Shown piece by piece: positions 8,398 through 19,200 of a stretch of DNA of 64,000 nt. A model generated the notes under the pieces. It searched no databases. It had not been told where the DNA came from and worked only from the letters and a program-made list of their open reading frames with translations. The translations under genes and the position numbers were made by a program. Positions within the stretch are counted from its first letter, which is position 1; each line of letters starts with the position of its first letter. The stretch is from a virus. The stretch covers positions 1 through 64,000 of the IMG/VR virus record IMGVR_UViG_3300027911_000001. The stretch is one strand, 5' to 3'.

Positions 8398-9252
8398 TTA
8401 ATATTCACCAATTACATATTTCTTAGCGAATATACCTTTTATTTTGGCGATAAGCTCATTACGACTTTCTTTTAATTCTTCTATACGAAGAGCAAATCTA
8501 CGAGGCCCAAGTGTACTCGAGCTTTGTGATACGCCGTCTTGCGATAGACTTTGAGAAGTAGCAGTATAGAATTGTGCGATTTGGCTAATAAGGTTTATAG
8601 CCGCATTAGTTCCGACAAGCTGATTTACGATTACTGGCAAATGACCTTCGCGATTTGAAATACCGCTCGAATAATTTAATTGCCAATAAGCAGGTACTTG
8701 CCCTGCATTGCCTGCAGAGCCCCAAATTGCCAAGAAGGCAACGCCGGCACCTTGGTTGGTAACGGTTATCGGTGATCCAGTTACAGAGGTCGCTCCAAAA
8801 GCAGCTAACAATGGAATTACGTTGATCTGACCAATACTTGCGTTGGCCATATCCACCCACATGCTTGGAACGACAAATATGGTTTCATCGTTACTCGCCA
8901 CAATAGATAAAGATTCCAAACTAATAATCGGACTGTGCCTAGGTTTTAGGTGAATGAAGGACTTGTATAAGGACCAATCAAAAGGGAGCTTCTCTTTAAA
9001 TTCTTCTCTTGTAAGGGTAACGCCAATTTGAGCTTCGGTCTCATTCATGGCCATCATGATGCGATCTTTAAGGATATCTGGGGTAAATGTATCGCCGTTA
9101 GGAAGAGTTAAAGGAATACCTAAAAGAAATCTATTTTTGAAAAGCTCAGGCGTAAGGAAAGGCTCTACGCGGCGCAAAAGACCGGATGTTTCCTGCGCAT
9201 GGACAGGATACACACTTGTTTGAAACGTACGTGAAGCCAAAAAGTTACTCAT
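8398..9252 (-). CDS. hypothetical protein (virion module)
   Basis: 284-aa ORF in the operon. No motif recognised. Confidence 0.8.
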   Translation of the reverse strand: MSNFLASRTFQTSVYPVHAQETSGLLRRVEPFLTPELFKNRFLLGIPLTLPNGDTFTPDILKDRIMMAMNETEAQIGVTLTREEFKEKLPFDWSLYKSFIHLKPRHSPIISLESLSIVASNDETIFVVPSMWVDMANASIGQINVIPLLAAFGATSVTGSPITVTNQGAGVAFLAIWGSAGNAGQVPAYWQLNYSSGISNREGHLPVIVNQLVGTNAAINLISQIAQFYTATSQSLSQDGVSQSSSTLGPRRFALRIEELKESRNELIAKIKGIFAKKYVIGEY

Positions 9253-9308
9253 TAATTACTCCCGATACCTAATTTAAATATACCCGATGGTAAGCCAAAA
9301 GTCAATTC

Positions 9309-9752
9309 CTAGAAAAAGAATGTATTGTCTGGAAGGTTACCGTCAGAACCATCGGCGCTATATTCGACTACAAGCATTTGCTGTACAATAAAATTACTAG
9401 CCACATTACCTTCAAATAGCTGAAATTTAACAGCTCCTGTTTGCGGAGTATTGGTTTGAGGGATCTGTACGCTAAAGATACTACCGTCGCAACTGTTTTG
9501 CTGCGCTATAAGCGTTATAACCTTGCTACAGTCGATACTAGGGAAATTAACCCTCATACCAATAACTATACCTTCGGCGCATGCGCCAGGCAAATATCGC
9601 AAAGCACACGCCGGATCACAAGCGCTATCTAGATCAACTAGTTGAAAATATAAGGTAGCTTGATTTCCTGCTTGAATAATCCATTGATTCGCGTACTTAA
9701 AACTATTTACGTTTTGATAGTTAATAATAGGTCTTGCTGAAAGTCTGGCCAT
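9309..9752 (-). CDS. hypothetical protein (first gene of leftward virion operon)
   Basis: 147-aa ORF with a Cys-containing, beta-type composition. Confidence 0.75.
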   Translation of the reverse strand: MARLSARPIINYQNVNSFKYANQWIIQAGNQATLYFQLVDLDSACDPACALRYLPGACAEGIVIGMRVNFPSIDCSKVITLIAQQNSCDGSIFSVQIPQTNTPQTGAVKFQLFEGNVASNFIVQQMLVVEYSADGSDGNLPDNTFFF

Positions 9753-9846
9753 ATTTTTTGCCCCTAAAAAGTCTTGACAAAGCAGCCCGAAAAGGGTAAG
9801 CTTTTAAGTAAAGATTGGTTGTTTCGACCGATCGGAAGGTAACTAT

Positions 9847-10122
9847 ATGAAAAGTAAGAAGAAAGCTAAGTCTAAGAAATGTGGCAAGAAAACCAAGGAA
9901 AAATGCAAAAAGCCCAAATGTTGCGATGTGAAGACAAAACAAGCAGAACCTTTTTTAGAAGATCCTGCTTTTCGCGAACCTCCGATAACCATATTAGATT
10001 TTAGCGACCCTAATCTTGGTCGTCCGGCACCTCTTCCCGTTTCTGGTAGCGGAGAGGAAGTCGGCCAATTGTTTGGACCTGTTAAGGCTTTCTTTAAAAA
10101 ACTATTGGGACGCAAAAAATGA
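9847..10122 (+). CDS. Lys/Cys-rich small protein
   Basis: 91-aa ORF with GGAAGG 7 nt upstream of the ATG. Confidence 0.6.
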   Translation: MKSKKKAKSKKCGKKTKEKCKKPKCCDVKTKQAEPFLEDPAFREPPITILDFSDPNLGRPAPLPVSGSGEEVGQLFGPVKAFFKKLLGRKK

Positions 10123-10313
10123 TTTATTTGTCCATTTTTGGTCCAATGTTCTTGTCTCTCACTTTGTTTGGTTATCTTGATACAAAGTATCCTACTGATG
10201 GATGGGAAGGTTTTTTCCCCATATTCATTTTATGGCCAGTGGGATTAGTTCTTTTTATTATAATTTCGCCATATATGTTAGGAAAATATTTAGCAAATAG
10301 GAGCAAAAAATGA
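10119..10313 (+). CDS. small membrane protein
   Basis: 64 aa with two hydrophobic segments. ATGA-coupled on both sides. Confidence 0.6.
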   Translation: MIYLSIFGPMFLSLTLFGYLDTKYPTDGWEGFFPIFILWPVGLVLFIIISPYMLGKYLANRSKK

Positions 10314-10972
10314 AAAGAGTTATTGCTGTGAGTGGCTTTAAGCGTTCAGGAAAAGATACCTTGGCTGATTACCTTTTAAGTAATGACGAATCGGCTTATA
10401 GAGTTTCCTTCGCAGGTCCTTTAAAAGATGAAGTGGCGGATAAATTTAATATTCCACGCGACTGGCTGGATAATCCAGAATATAAAGAATCCCCTATTCT
10501 TTCTATGCCAGTAGACCCCCAAGATAAATTCTCATCTACTGTTATCAATTTTATGCTTCCTGAATTTAAGGTAGCCGATACGAATCAAAGAGATGCCCAG
10601 CTATATTGGACACCACGTGCGCTCGCGATCCTTGTCGGATCAACTTCTAGAGCCGCAGACCCTAATCATTGGGTAAAGCAGGCCATTAAGGAAGCGGAAG
10701 AAGCCCATTATGAAATGGGTTACGAAACTGTGGTTATTTCTGATTTACGTTATAAAAGCGAAGTAGCTTTGTTAAGAAAACAGTTTGGAGATAACTTAAT
10801 TACTATTAGAGTAAATCGTTTCGACACTTCGCCATCTCAAGATCCAAGCGAAGTAGATTTGGTGGGTTACGAACACGATTATGTTATCGACAATAAAGGC
10901 ACAAAAGAAGAGTTCTTTACTAAAATAGATTATCTACTAGCGACATTAAATAAAAAAGGCCCTCAGTCATAA
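10310..10972 (+). CDS. P-loop kinase, phage dNMP-kinase-like
   Basis: N-terminal Walker A (VSGFKRSGKDT). Size and layout resemble phage deoxynucleotide monophosphate kinases. Confidence 0.5.
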   Translation: MKRVIAVSGFKRSGKDTLADYLLSNDESAYRVSFAGPLKDEVADKFNIPRDWLDNPEYKESPILSMPVDPQDKFSSTVINFMLPEFKVADTNQRDAQLYWTPRALAILVGSTSRAADPNHWVKQAIKEAEEAHYEMGYETVVISDLRYKSEVALLRKQFGDNLITIRVNRFDTSPSQDPSEVDLVGYEHDYVIDNKGTKEEFFTKIDYLLATLNKKGPQS

Positions 10973-10992
10973 ACTGAGAGCCTTTAAAATTT
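10958..10992. terminator. bidirectional intrinsic terminator between convergent genes
   Basis: GGCCCTCAGT-cataa-ACTGAGAGCC hairpin (1 mismatch), flanked by an A-run upstream and a T-rich tract downstream. Confidence 0.6.
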
Positions 10993-11008
10993 TTCTTATT
11001 AAAAAGAA

Positions 11009-11356
11009 TTACAATACAAACGAAGCAGCTGCAGGCAATGCAGGCATCGCACGTAAAACGATATAAAGATCGCCTATGACAGCAGCGCCATCGGGATTAG
11101 TCCCTGCAGTAATAACTGCAGCCCAATCAGCATTACCGGCTACAGCTGGAATGTGAATAACCTGATCTCCTACTTTTAAAGCACCGAAATCCGTTACAGC
11201 AGAGGCGGCGGTAGCAACGATAGAAGCTGGAATATAGAATCCACCAAGGGCAGCAACTGCTGCTCCGTTGTTAATAGCTGATACAACTTCGTTACCAGCA
11301 CTTTGAGAAGTCAATGCGATAAGCATTCTTTTTGAAGCATTTGTTGAAAGTGACAT
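11009..11356 (-). CDS. Ala/Gly-rich hypothetical protein
   Basis: 115-aa ORF with AAAGGAGAAA upstream. Confidence 0.7.
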   Translation of the reverse strand: MSLSTNASKRMLIALTSQSAGNEVVSAINNGAAVAALGGFYIPASIVATAASAVTDFGALKVGDQVIHIPAVAGNADWAAVITAGTNPDGAAVIGDLYIVLRAMPALPAAASFVL

Positions 11357-11428
11357 TATTTTTCTCCTTTAAAGTTTGAATCCCGTCGCTAAACGGGGGA
11401 ACATGTTCATTGTAAAGATTGATGTTTT

Positions 11429-12100
11429 CTATAATTCAACCACTATTGGAATGTTAGAAGGCTTGTAATTCTCATCACATATAGCCGCATTGGCATATTT
11501 GACCCCATTAAGATCGACAATACCGTACCCACTATGAAGATGCCCAAAACAATGAAGCTTAAGATTTTTTAACTCTTTAATTCTATCCAAAAGATCTTTG
11601 CATCCGACGTGATCTACTACGACTTCGCCCTTTCCGACATCAAATCTTAATACTGGATCCAAAATACCATACGGTGGGCCATGGGTAGCCAGCGCATCTA
11701 TATCAAAGGGTATCCTATCCCAATGGCGTTTGATCTCATCTCCTCTATATCTATTATAGGCCCAATTATGGAAATAAGGAGTCATAGCCGAGCACCAGAT
11801 CTTGAGACCTTCTAGCTCTATTAAGCCTTCTTCTATAAAGTGAACTCTTGGACAGGCTTCTTCAGCTATTTGTTTGGATAGGGCAAAATTCTTCTCTACA
11901 CCCTTTTCATGGTTACCCTGAACAGAAATAATGTGTTTGGCATCTTGTTTATTAAGCCATTCATGAAAGTTTTTGACTTCATGAGGCTCTCCTAAAAAAC
12001 TGTAGTCTCCGGTAGAAAGCAGAATATCGCATTCTGGAATAATCAGCTTATTAAACTTACAGTGAACATCTGAAATCATACATATTTTAGTCATCGTCAT
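11429..12100 (-). CDS. calcineurin-like metallophosphoesterase
   Basis: Motifs SDVH, GDY, GNHE, THGPP and GHLH occur in the canonical order. Confidence 0.8.
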   Translation of the reverse strand: MTMTKICMISDVHCKFNKLIIPECDILLSTGDYSFLGEPHEVKNFHEWLNKQDAKHIISVQGNHEKGVEKNFALSKQIAEEACPRVHFIEEGLIELEGLKIWCSAMTPYFHNWAYNRYRGDEIKRHWDRIPFDIDALATHGPPYGILDPVLRFDVGKGEVVVDHVGCKDLLDRIKELKNLKLHCFGHLHSGYGIVDLNGVKYANAAICDENYKPSNIPIVVEL

Positions 12101-12196
12101 TGATATATCATAAATTTTAATTGATACAATGTATTGATTTTATTAAGTTTTATACCATGAGAATTAAGCTTTAACTGTAGATACGTATACTTATGC

Positions 12197-12206
12197 CCCT
12201 TACAAG
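12197..12206 (+). promoter_or_regulatory. CCCTTACAAG box upstream of capsid operon
   Basis: An identical 10-mer recurs at 15119-15128 upstream of the tail operon. Confidence 0.3.
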
Positions 12207-12237
12207 GCTGAACTCTTAAAAAAGGAGATTTTAACAA

Positions 12238-12702
12238 ATGATTATTTCAAATCAAAAGTTGCAAGCCGTTGCCCGAGATCTTGGAAACAGACTCGCAATT
12301 CGTTTTGCAAACAGCTCTGGACTAAATACTGTTCGTTATGCTAGCGACGCTAACGGCGGACAAGAACTTTTTTTCTCTCATAATGGAAATGAAGCTGCTG
12401 GACAACCAGTAGTTCTCGTCTATTTGCAACAAATCAGCATGGTTAGCAATGATATTTTCGGAAATGCCGAACTTGCTTATACTCCAAGTATCTCTCAAGT
12501 TTGCTACGAATTGGATGCAAATGGGAAACCAACCCCTTCTCAAGCTGATCTCACTACTATTCAATGGGAGCTTATCCCTTTTGCAATCAGCCAACAACTA
12601 GTTCAGATTGCTCATAATAGTGCTGTCACTGCTGCTAATGCATTGGCCACTACTCCTACTATTCAACTCGACCAACTTTATTGGCCAACCAAAGGGGCTT
12701 AA
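12238..12702 (+). CDS. hypothetical protein (first gene of capsid operon)
   Basis: 154-aa ORF with AAGGAG upstream. Confidence 0.75.
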   Translation: MIISNQKLQAVARDLGNRLAIRFANSSGLNTVRYASDANGGQELFFSHNGNEAAGQPVVLVYLQQISMVSNDIFGNAELAYTPSISQVCYELDANGKPTPSQADLTTIQWELIPFAISQQLVQIAHNSAVTAANALATTPTIQLDQLYWPTKGA

Positions 12703-12741
12703 TAAGGCTTTTAACCAATCTAATAAAGAAAGGAGTAAGTT

Positions 12742-13584
12742 ATGTCGAAATACACACCAAAAGATGTTGCCCAGCTCATCGCAAATGTGGAAGAAGCATT
12801 TACTGCTCAATTGGCTAAAGCTAAAGAGTCGTCCCTTGCTAAATCTGAAGATGGCGAAAAAGACCATAAAGAAGAAAGCAAAGAAGAACATAAACCTGAA
12901 CATAAAGAAGAAGCTCCTAAGCATGAATCTAAGGAACACAGTTCCGAAGAGCCAGCTAAGGAAGACCATAAAGAAGCCGCTCCAGAACACAAGGAAGAGC
13001 AGCATTCAGAAGGTCACGATTACGATGCAGAAGATCTAGCTCACATGGAAAAAATGTATAGCTCGATGTCTGATGGCGAAAAGAAAGCTCATCACGATTG
13101 TCTTTCAAAATGTATGGGTGGCTCGGCAAGCAAGCCAGCAGAAATGTCCAAGAACGAAGACGCAAGTCAAAAAAGAGGTAACGGTGGAGAAATGTCCGCT
13201 TGTGAACCTAAAAACGTTCCTGGAGCAAAATCGCCAGCTAGCGCCGCTGATGGAGATCAAATGAACAAATCAGAAAATACTGAAGTAGAGCTTCTTAAGT
13301 CGGAACTGGCTGCTGAAAAAGCCGAAAAAGCTGCAATCAAGGATTTCTTGACTGCGCTAGCCAAAAAAACCGCCCCTCAAGGTAAGGCTATTACTTCTCT
13401 TGATGTTATCGCTAAAAGCGAAGCACCAGCTGAAGAAAAGGTTCTTTCCAAGAAAGAAATTCACGATATTCTTGTAAAAAAATCCGGGCAATCGGATCTC
13501 AAGAAATCTGATAGAGATGCAATTAATTCATATTATCTGGATGGTCAGATAAACGTTAACGCTGTTAGTCACCTGCTTAAATAA
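12742..13584 (+). CDS. scaffolding-like protein (His/Lys/Glu-rich repeats, helical C-terminus)
   Basis: Lies immediately upstream of the capsid candidate. Charged EHK/KEE-type repeats and a coiled-coil-type tail. Confidence 0.5.
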   Translation: MSKYTPKDVAQLIANVEEAFTAQLAKAKESSLAKSEDGEKDHKEESKEEHKPEHKEEAPKHESKEHSSEEPAKEDHKEAAPEHKEEQHSEGHDYDAEDLAHMEKMYSSMSDGEKKAHHDCLSKCMGGSASKPAEMSKNEDASQKRGNGGEMSACEPKNVPGAKSPASAADGDQMNKSENTEVELLKSELAAEKAEKAAIKDFLTALAKKTAPQGKAITSLDVIAKSEAPAEEKVLSKKEIHDILVKKSGQSDLKKSDRDAINSYYLDGQINVNAVSHLLK

Positions 13585-13611
13585 GGCAGCTTTTTAAAAG
13601 GAGAAATGAAA

Positions 13612-14997
13612 ATGATCGAACAACTTCAATCACTAATGAAAGCCCTTGAAGCAGGCAGTTATATGTCCGCTCCAGGGAACTTAGAACAAGGCGCAGCTCT
13701 TCAAATGGAAGATCTGTCCCCAGTTATGCAGAATGTCACTTTTGACGATTCTCATATCAAATTGCAAAAGATCCTTCCTTCAAAAGAAGTTAAATCTCAA
13801 TTGCACCAATTCAATCGCCAATTAGACTACGGTATCTTTGGTGGATCTGCTCAGTTTGAAGGCGGCGTCGGAGAAGAAGACGTGTCGAATTTCATTCGCG
13901 CAGTGGTCCCAATGTCTTATTACAGCACGATTCGTCGTGTTACTGTTGCTGCCAACATGATTGGCGCATTCGACGGCGTTAAAGCTGAAGATCGCTCTTC
14001 TGCTGATGCTGCAATGAAAATCGCTGGCGATATTGAGTTTGACTCCTTCCGTGGACAATCGAATTTCTCTAACAACGGTGTTTTCGATGGTAACCCTCTC
14101 GCTGTAGCTCAAATGCCGAACATGATCGGTGTTGACCAACAAGTTCGTCAATCCGACAGCCAAGCAAATACTCAAGATTTGATGTTTGCTGAATACGGTT
14201 CTAATCAAACTGTGGTTCTCCAAGTCGGTGGAACTCTTACTCAATCTGTTATCGAAGATTCTTCGGTTCGTTCGGCCATGAACATGGGCGCAGCTGACCG
14301 TTTGATCCTTGATCCTATCAGCTTGTCTGCATATAACAAAATTGCACATGCCAAAGAGCGTATCATGCTCGCTGGCTCTGCTCAAGAAGCGACTGGCGCT
14401 CACCTTCGTACACAATGGACTTCGTCCGCTGTTGTTTCGTTGGAAGCTTCCCGTTTCTTGTCCGGAAAAACCCAACCAGCTCGTAGCCGTGCTGGAGCCC
14501 CTGCTGCTCCTTCTATCGCTGTCGCTGACGGTGGTGCTGCTGGATCCTTGCTCTTAGCTGGAACCTACGTTTATTATGCAACGGCTTGTTCAATCATCGG
14601 TGAGTCTCTCCCTGGTGCTGCTCAAACTGCAACCGTTACCGCTGCTGGCGATAAAGTCAATGTGACTATTACCGCTGTATCGGGCGCTGCATACTACAAC
14701 GTATATCGTTCGGCTCTTGGTTCGAATGCTGCTAATGCAAAATTCATTGGAAGCATCAGACAAGGTAGCGGAAACCCAGTATTCGTTGACTTAGGCAACA
14801 AATCCCCTGGTTTCGTCACTGGATACTTGATCCAAGGCAACACCCTCGGATTTGCTCAATTGGCTCCTTATAGCAAATTAAAACTTGCTGTTTCGGACCT
14901 CTCGCTTCCAGAAGCTCATTTTAGATTCTTAAGCTTAGCTGCTTATCAACCTAGAAAGAACGTCATTCTAGACAATATCACTGGCCAATTAAGCTAA
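13612..14997 (+). CDS. major capsid protein candidate with FN3/Ig-like insertion
   Basis: About 460 aa. AAGGAG lies 8 nt before ATG 13612 (the track start at 13606 is only 2 nt from the SD). Follows the scaffold-like gene and is followed by a strong terminator. The TAVSGAAYYNVYRS segment resembles an FN3-type module. Confidence 0.6.
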   Translation: MIEQLQSLMKALEAGSYMSAPGNLEQGAALQMEDLSPVMQNVTFDDSHIKLQKILPSKEVKSQLHQFNRQLDYGIFGGSAQFEGGVGEEDVSNFIRAVVPMSYYSTIRRVTVAANMIGAFDGVKAEDRSSADAAMKIAGDIEFDSFRGQSNFSNNGVFDGNPLAVAQMPNMIGVDQQVRQSDSQANTQDLMFAEYGSNQTVVLQVGGTLTQSVIEDSSVRSAMNMGAADRLILDPISLSAYNKIAHAKERIMLAGSAQEATGAHLRTQWTSSAVVSLEASRFLSGKTQPARSRAGAPAAPSIAVADGGAAGSLLLAGTYVYYATACSIIGESLPGAAQTATVTAAGDKVNVTITAVSGAAYYNVYRSALGSNAANAKFIGSIRQGSGNPVFVDLGNKSPGFVTGYLIQGNTLGFAQLAPYSKLKLAVSDLSLPEAHFRFLSLAAYQPRKNVILDNITGQLS

Positions 14998-15022
14998 TTA
15001 GATATTCAATATAATTTATAAG

Positions 15023-15059
15023 GGGTCGATCATTAAATTGATCGGCCCTTTTTATTTTT
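15023..15059 (+). terminator. intrinsic terminator after capsid gene
   Basis: 10-bp stem GGGTCGATCA / TGATCGGCCC (one G-U pair), 6-nt loop, then TTTTTATTTTT. Confidence 0.8.
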
Positions 15060-15118
15060 ATCAATATAATCCATTACATACGTGCAAAAAGCCAATCTTT
15101 ACCTTAACATGTAAGTAT

Positions 15119-15128
15119 CCCTTACAAG
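15119..15128 (+). promoter_or_regulatory. CCCTTACAAG box upstream of tail operon
   Basis: Exact copy of 12197-12206. Confidence 0.3.
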
Positions 15129-15158
15129 TTAAATCTTTTAACGTGGGTTAAAAGTACC

Positions 15159-15176
15159 GTTGACCGTGGGGTCAAC
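15159..15176 (+). promoter_or_regulatory. 5'-leader hairpin of tail operon
   Basis: GTTGACC-gtgg-GGTCAAC, a 7-bp stem just before the SD of 15197. Embedded in AAAGTACCGT...CCGTGGGG, which also occurs at 38-51. Confidence 0.4.
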
Positions 15177-15196
15177 TCCTTAAAAGGATTGGTAAA

Positions 15197-16045
15197 ATGG
15201 CATTTGAAAAGGCATGGAGCACTGTCTCCCCTATACCCTTAACAGCAGATGGCACCTCATTAGGTGTCATCACAGTCGCTGATACGGATGGTTTCAAAGT
15301 CAAAGGTATTGCCCAACTAAAAAATAATACCGGTCTGAACATGATAGTTCAGGTCAATCAAGTTCTCTCTAAAACAACAATCATAGTCGGTAAACCTGGA
15401 AGTTCCCCTTCTGCTACAGAAGGCGGCATCCAAAGCGGATCCATAGTGGATGTAAGCGCTTTTACAACAGCATTACTTTCAACTATTGGTTTTGGGATGC
15501 AACCTAAAAATAAAATCAAGCCAGACGACATAGAACAGGCGACATATGAGGCTGATCCTACTGTAGCCGTTAGAACCATAGGTGTAGACCCTTATGGTGA
15601 TTTTTATACAGCTGATAATCCCCTTCCCGTAGCTATCGATGGAACCATTTCCATAGCCCAAGTTGAAGTTAAGGGCACTAATGGAAATTTTTTAGAACCT
15701 AATGCAGATGGATCGATAAATACAGTTGGTACTAGTGTAGTTTCCGGAACGGTTGATGTCAACCTAAATGGTTTAAATGCTTTTCAGACTAGCCAATATC
15801 CGGTAGGAACGGGATCTGTTCAAATAACTCCTACCCCTTTAACTAATAGAAGCAGCGTTTGTCTAAAAGCTATCTGTCCTGGCACAAATATAATTTACAT
15901 TGGAAATAGCAGCGGAGTAACTACCTCTACAGGCTACCCACTATTCAATGGGGATACAGTTCAAATGGACCTGACCCCTTTGGACCAAATTTGGGCTGTC
16001 GGTAATGCTAACGGCAACACTTTATGTGCTTTGGAGATAGGATAA
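15197..16045 (+). CDS. hypothetical protein (tail module)
   Basis: 282-aa ORF preceding the tail fibre gene. Confidence 0.75.
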   Translation: MAFEKAWSTVSPIPLTADGTSLGVITVADTDGFKVKGIAQLKNNTGLNMIVQVNQVLSKTTIIVGKPGSSPSATEGGIQSGSIVDVSAFTTALLSTIGFGMQPKNKIKPDDIEQATYEADPTVAVRTIGVDPYGDFYTADNPLPVAIDGTISIAQVEVKGTNGNFLEPNADGSINTVGTSVVSGTVDVNLNGLNAFQTSQYPVGTGSVQITPTPLTNRSSVCLKAICPGTNIIYIGNSSGVTTSTGYPLFNGDTVQMDLTPLDQIWAVGNANGNTLCALEIG

Positions 16046-16046
16046 T

Positions 16047-16247
16047 ATGGCCAGGATTGGAGCCAGTGGAACTGGCGGTGCATCTACAGGCTTACCAAAT
16101 TACATCTACGCTTACGGATTCATTTGGCTCGATAACGTACCTTTCGGGCAAACCTTTTTTATTGGACCAAACCAACAAAGTTTGGCCATTAATACATTTA
16201 CTTTATACGGCGATATGATCGTAGAAGGTACGTTTTTAATATTATAA
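16047..16247 (+). CDS. small hypothetical protein
   Basis: 66-aa ORF with a 1-nt spacer after the upstream gene. Confidence 0.55.
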   Translation: MARIGASGTGGASTGLPNYIYAYGFIWLDNVPFGQTFFIGPNQQSLAINTFTLYGDMIVEGTFLIL

Positions 16248-16258
16248 GGATTTAAATT

Positions 16259-19200
16259 ATGGCCCAGCTGATCTTTACAGAAAACGCATCAGACCCTACT
16301 TCACCCTCTGCAGGACAATTAAGCTTATTCGCCAAAACAGATGACGAACTTTATGTAAAAACATCTGCCGGTGTAGTATATGCCCTTACTGGTACTTCCG
16401 CTATTACTTCATTATCTGGGGATGTCGTGGCATCTGGACCCGGAGGCGCCGTAGCGACTATTCAACCCAATGTTGTAACGAACGCAAAATTAGCACAGAT
16501 GGCCACCCATACTATTAAAGGAAATAATACCGGGAGTGCTGCAAATGCCGCCGATCTTACAGCAACTCAAGTAACCGCAATGTTAAACTTGTTCAGTTCT
16601 AGTCTTCAAGGATTAGTCCCTGCTTCTGGTGGCGGAACGACTAACTTCCTAAGGGCCGATGGAGCTTGGGCTGTAGCTGGAAGCGGTTCAGTAACGAGCG
16701 TTGCTTTATCCGATGGAAGTACCATTCCAATATATTCTATTTCTGGTAGTCCCGTCACTTCTACCGGAACATTAACTTTTACATTAAGCAATCAAAATGC
16801 AAATTTGGTATTTGCCGGTCCCGCTACTGGTAGCGCAGCTCAACCTACATTTAGATCATTAGTTGCTTCTGATATCCCTAGTCTTTCTGGAATATACCTT
16901 CCTTTGTCTGGTGGAAATCTTACGGGCAATCTTGGTTTAGCGGGGGGAAGTGTCGGTTCTCCATCTCTACACTTTGCTACCGATACTACTAGCGGTTTTT
17001 ATCGTCCAGGCGTTGATCAAATTAATATTGGAATATTGGGCGCACCAGTCGTTAATATCGGCACCAGCGGTGTAGCTATTACTGGCAATGTGTCGGCCAC
17101 TAACCTTTCTGGAACGAATACTGGCGATGTAACGCTAGCGCCCGTAGGAGCTTCTCCGAATGCTAACGCGGCTAGCTTAAGCGGTCAAGCTCTGACGCTT
17201 GAGCCTTTCAGTTCTGCTTTTCCAGGCGTAGTATCGGCCTCTGGCGGTGGTACAACTAACTTTTTAAGAGCCGACGGAACTTGGTCAGCTCCTCCTACTT
17301 CTCCTCCTGGCGGAAGCAATACTCAAGTTCAATTCAATAATTCGGGATCGTTTGGGGGAAGCCCTCTTTTTGCTTGGGATGGATCGCAAGTATTAATAGC
17401 TGGAGCAGGAGAAAACACAGGAGGAGGACTCGCCAATCTACAGTTAACCAATACCTCTTCTGAAACTGGTATAGATTTAAACAATACAGGAACAGGCGGA
17501 AGAAGCTATAATATCGTTTCTGCTAATAGCGGCTCAGCCGTTGGAGCTGGAAATTTCTCCATATTAGATGCTACTGCTAGTGTCGCACGTCTAACAATTA
17601 ACAGTTCAGGTAATGTTGGAATAGGAAATACCAATCCGCAAGCTCGTTTACATATAACAGGTGGCGGAGTTCAAATTGGCGACCCAGGAAATGACCAAAA
17701 TCTTACTTTTGGTGGGACTAACTCAGGAATATATTGGGCAGCTAGCGGCGCAAATATTTATTATAGTGTTGGAAGTTTAATTTTTAGTCCTGTCGGGGCT
17801 CCTAATGCGTTCACTCTTCAAGCTAGTACCGGAAATGGAATATTTACTGGCGCTCTTTCTGCTTCTAATTTATCTGGCACCAATACCGGTGATGTAACTT
17901 TGACTGGAGAAAACTATCTTACTATTGCTGGTCAAGTCATAACAGTTCATCCAGTTAATCTTGCGACCTCAAATGTAACAGGGATACTTCCTGGATCACA
18001 TGTGGGCGCTGGCGGGACTCCAACACAAATGCAATTCAATGATGGGGGCGTCTTAGGCGGATTAGGTCTATCTGCTGTTGACAACGCTTCTTTCTTCATG
18101 GGCCTACAACAAGCTACTCCTATAGCTCCATTGCATGTTACTGGGGCATCTGGTGTAACCGTTGCAGCTCCAGCTTCGCTCACATCCGTTCTAGTATTAG
18201 ATCCCACGGTAACCAGCCCTACAACTTATACGGTTGCACAGGTAAACTCTCCTGCTGCTCCTGTTATTACAGCGACAAATTTAAACTACATTGATAATCC
18301 TAATGCTGGTAGCGGTGTTCAAAATACAGGTAGCGGACCATACATTTGTAACGGACAAGTCATAACATACAATCTTTACACCTATTTACTCGTTGGTGGA
18401 GTGAGAGTCGCCACCGGCAATTACTATACAATGACAGTTCAAGATTTCATCAATGATGGAGTGACTCAGTTTTATGTTGATTTGTCGGGATTTGGTACTG
18501 GTGGAGCTAGCTTTGACGGTTATATACTATGGAAGCAAGACAATCAAGGCTATGGACCTTATTGGATTGATTTGCCCGGCGCTCCAACTGGCTATACCGA
18601 TAACGGATACACAAATCAAGACGCTTATATAGTTTCTCCTTATCAAGCAACAGGATTAACTTGGTCTTCTGGAATATCTCAATATCAAAGCATTGACGGC
18701 ACTAATTATACTGGGAATTATTCTACCAATCCTGCAGGCGATGATTCATCCGGTCGATACTTTTATATTAACACAACTTGGACGGTAGTCGGACTTGATA
18801 CCTATATGGCTGTAAGCGATATAGCATCTAATCACTATGATTTGGGTAATACGGGCACTTTTGACGATTACAATCAAAGCGGTATTCCGCCATATACCCC
18901 TTTTGCTAGTATTGCCTTTGCATATTTTCCTACTGGAATATCCGACGGATCAGAAGTCAGCGTTACTCCCAATGAGTCAGAGGGCGGCAGTTATAATTTT
19001 AACGGTAGCACATATCAATATAATGTTTACGAATACAACACTAATCCTGTAAACGGCATCCAATACTGTACCAGCGGTTATAGTTTCTCTACGGGCGACC
19101 CCAACGATGGAAGCACTACTGGGGCCTTTGATATTATTCTTAATGCAGGTACAGGACAAGGTCGCATTATCACAGTATCAGTCAATGGTGGTCCAATTGT

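Noticed and set aside
9721-10115. Two minus-strand ORFs (9721..9942 and 9843..10115) overlapping 9847..10122
   Set aside because: The plus-strand gene has an SD (GGAAGG) and is ATGA-coupled to the following genes. The minus ORFs have no start context and F/L-rich mirror composition.
11384-11408. Hairpin CCCGT-cgctaa-ACGGG plus GAACATGTTC palindrome as a terminator for 11429..12100
   Set aside because: No T-run follows on either strand, and the next gene's SD follows within 30 nt. There is insufficient evidence for a terminator call.
12598-13039. Long ORFs on both strands overlapping the scaffold-like gene (12598..13005 minus, 12608..13039 plus)
   Set aside because: They mirror the AAG/GAA-rich codon composition of 12742..13584 in other frames. 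They have low-complexity F/L- or K-rich products, no SD, and conflict with the well-supported operon frame.
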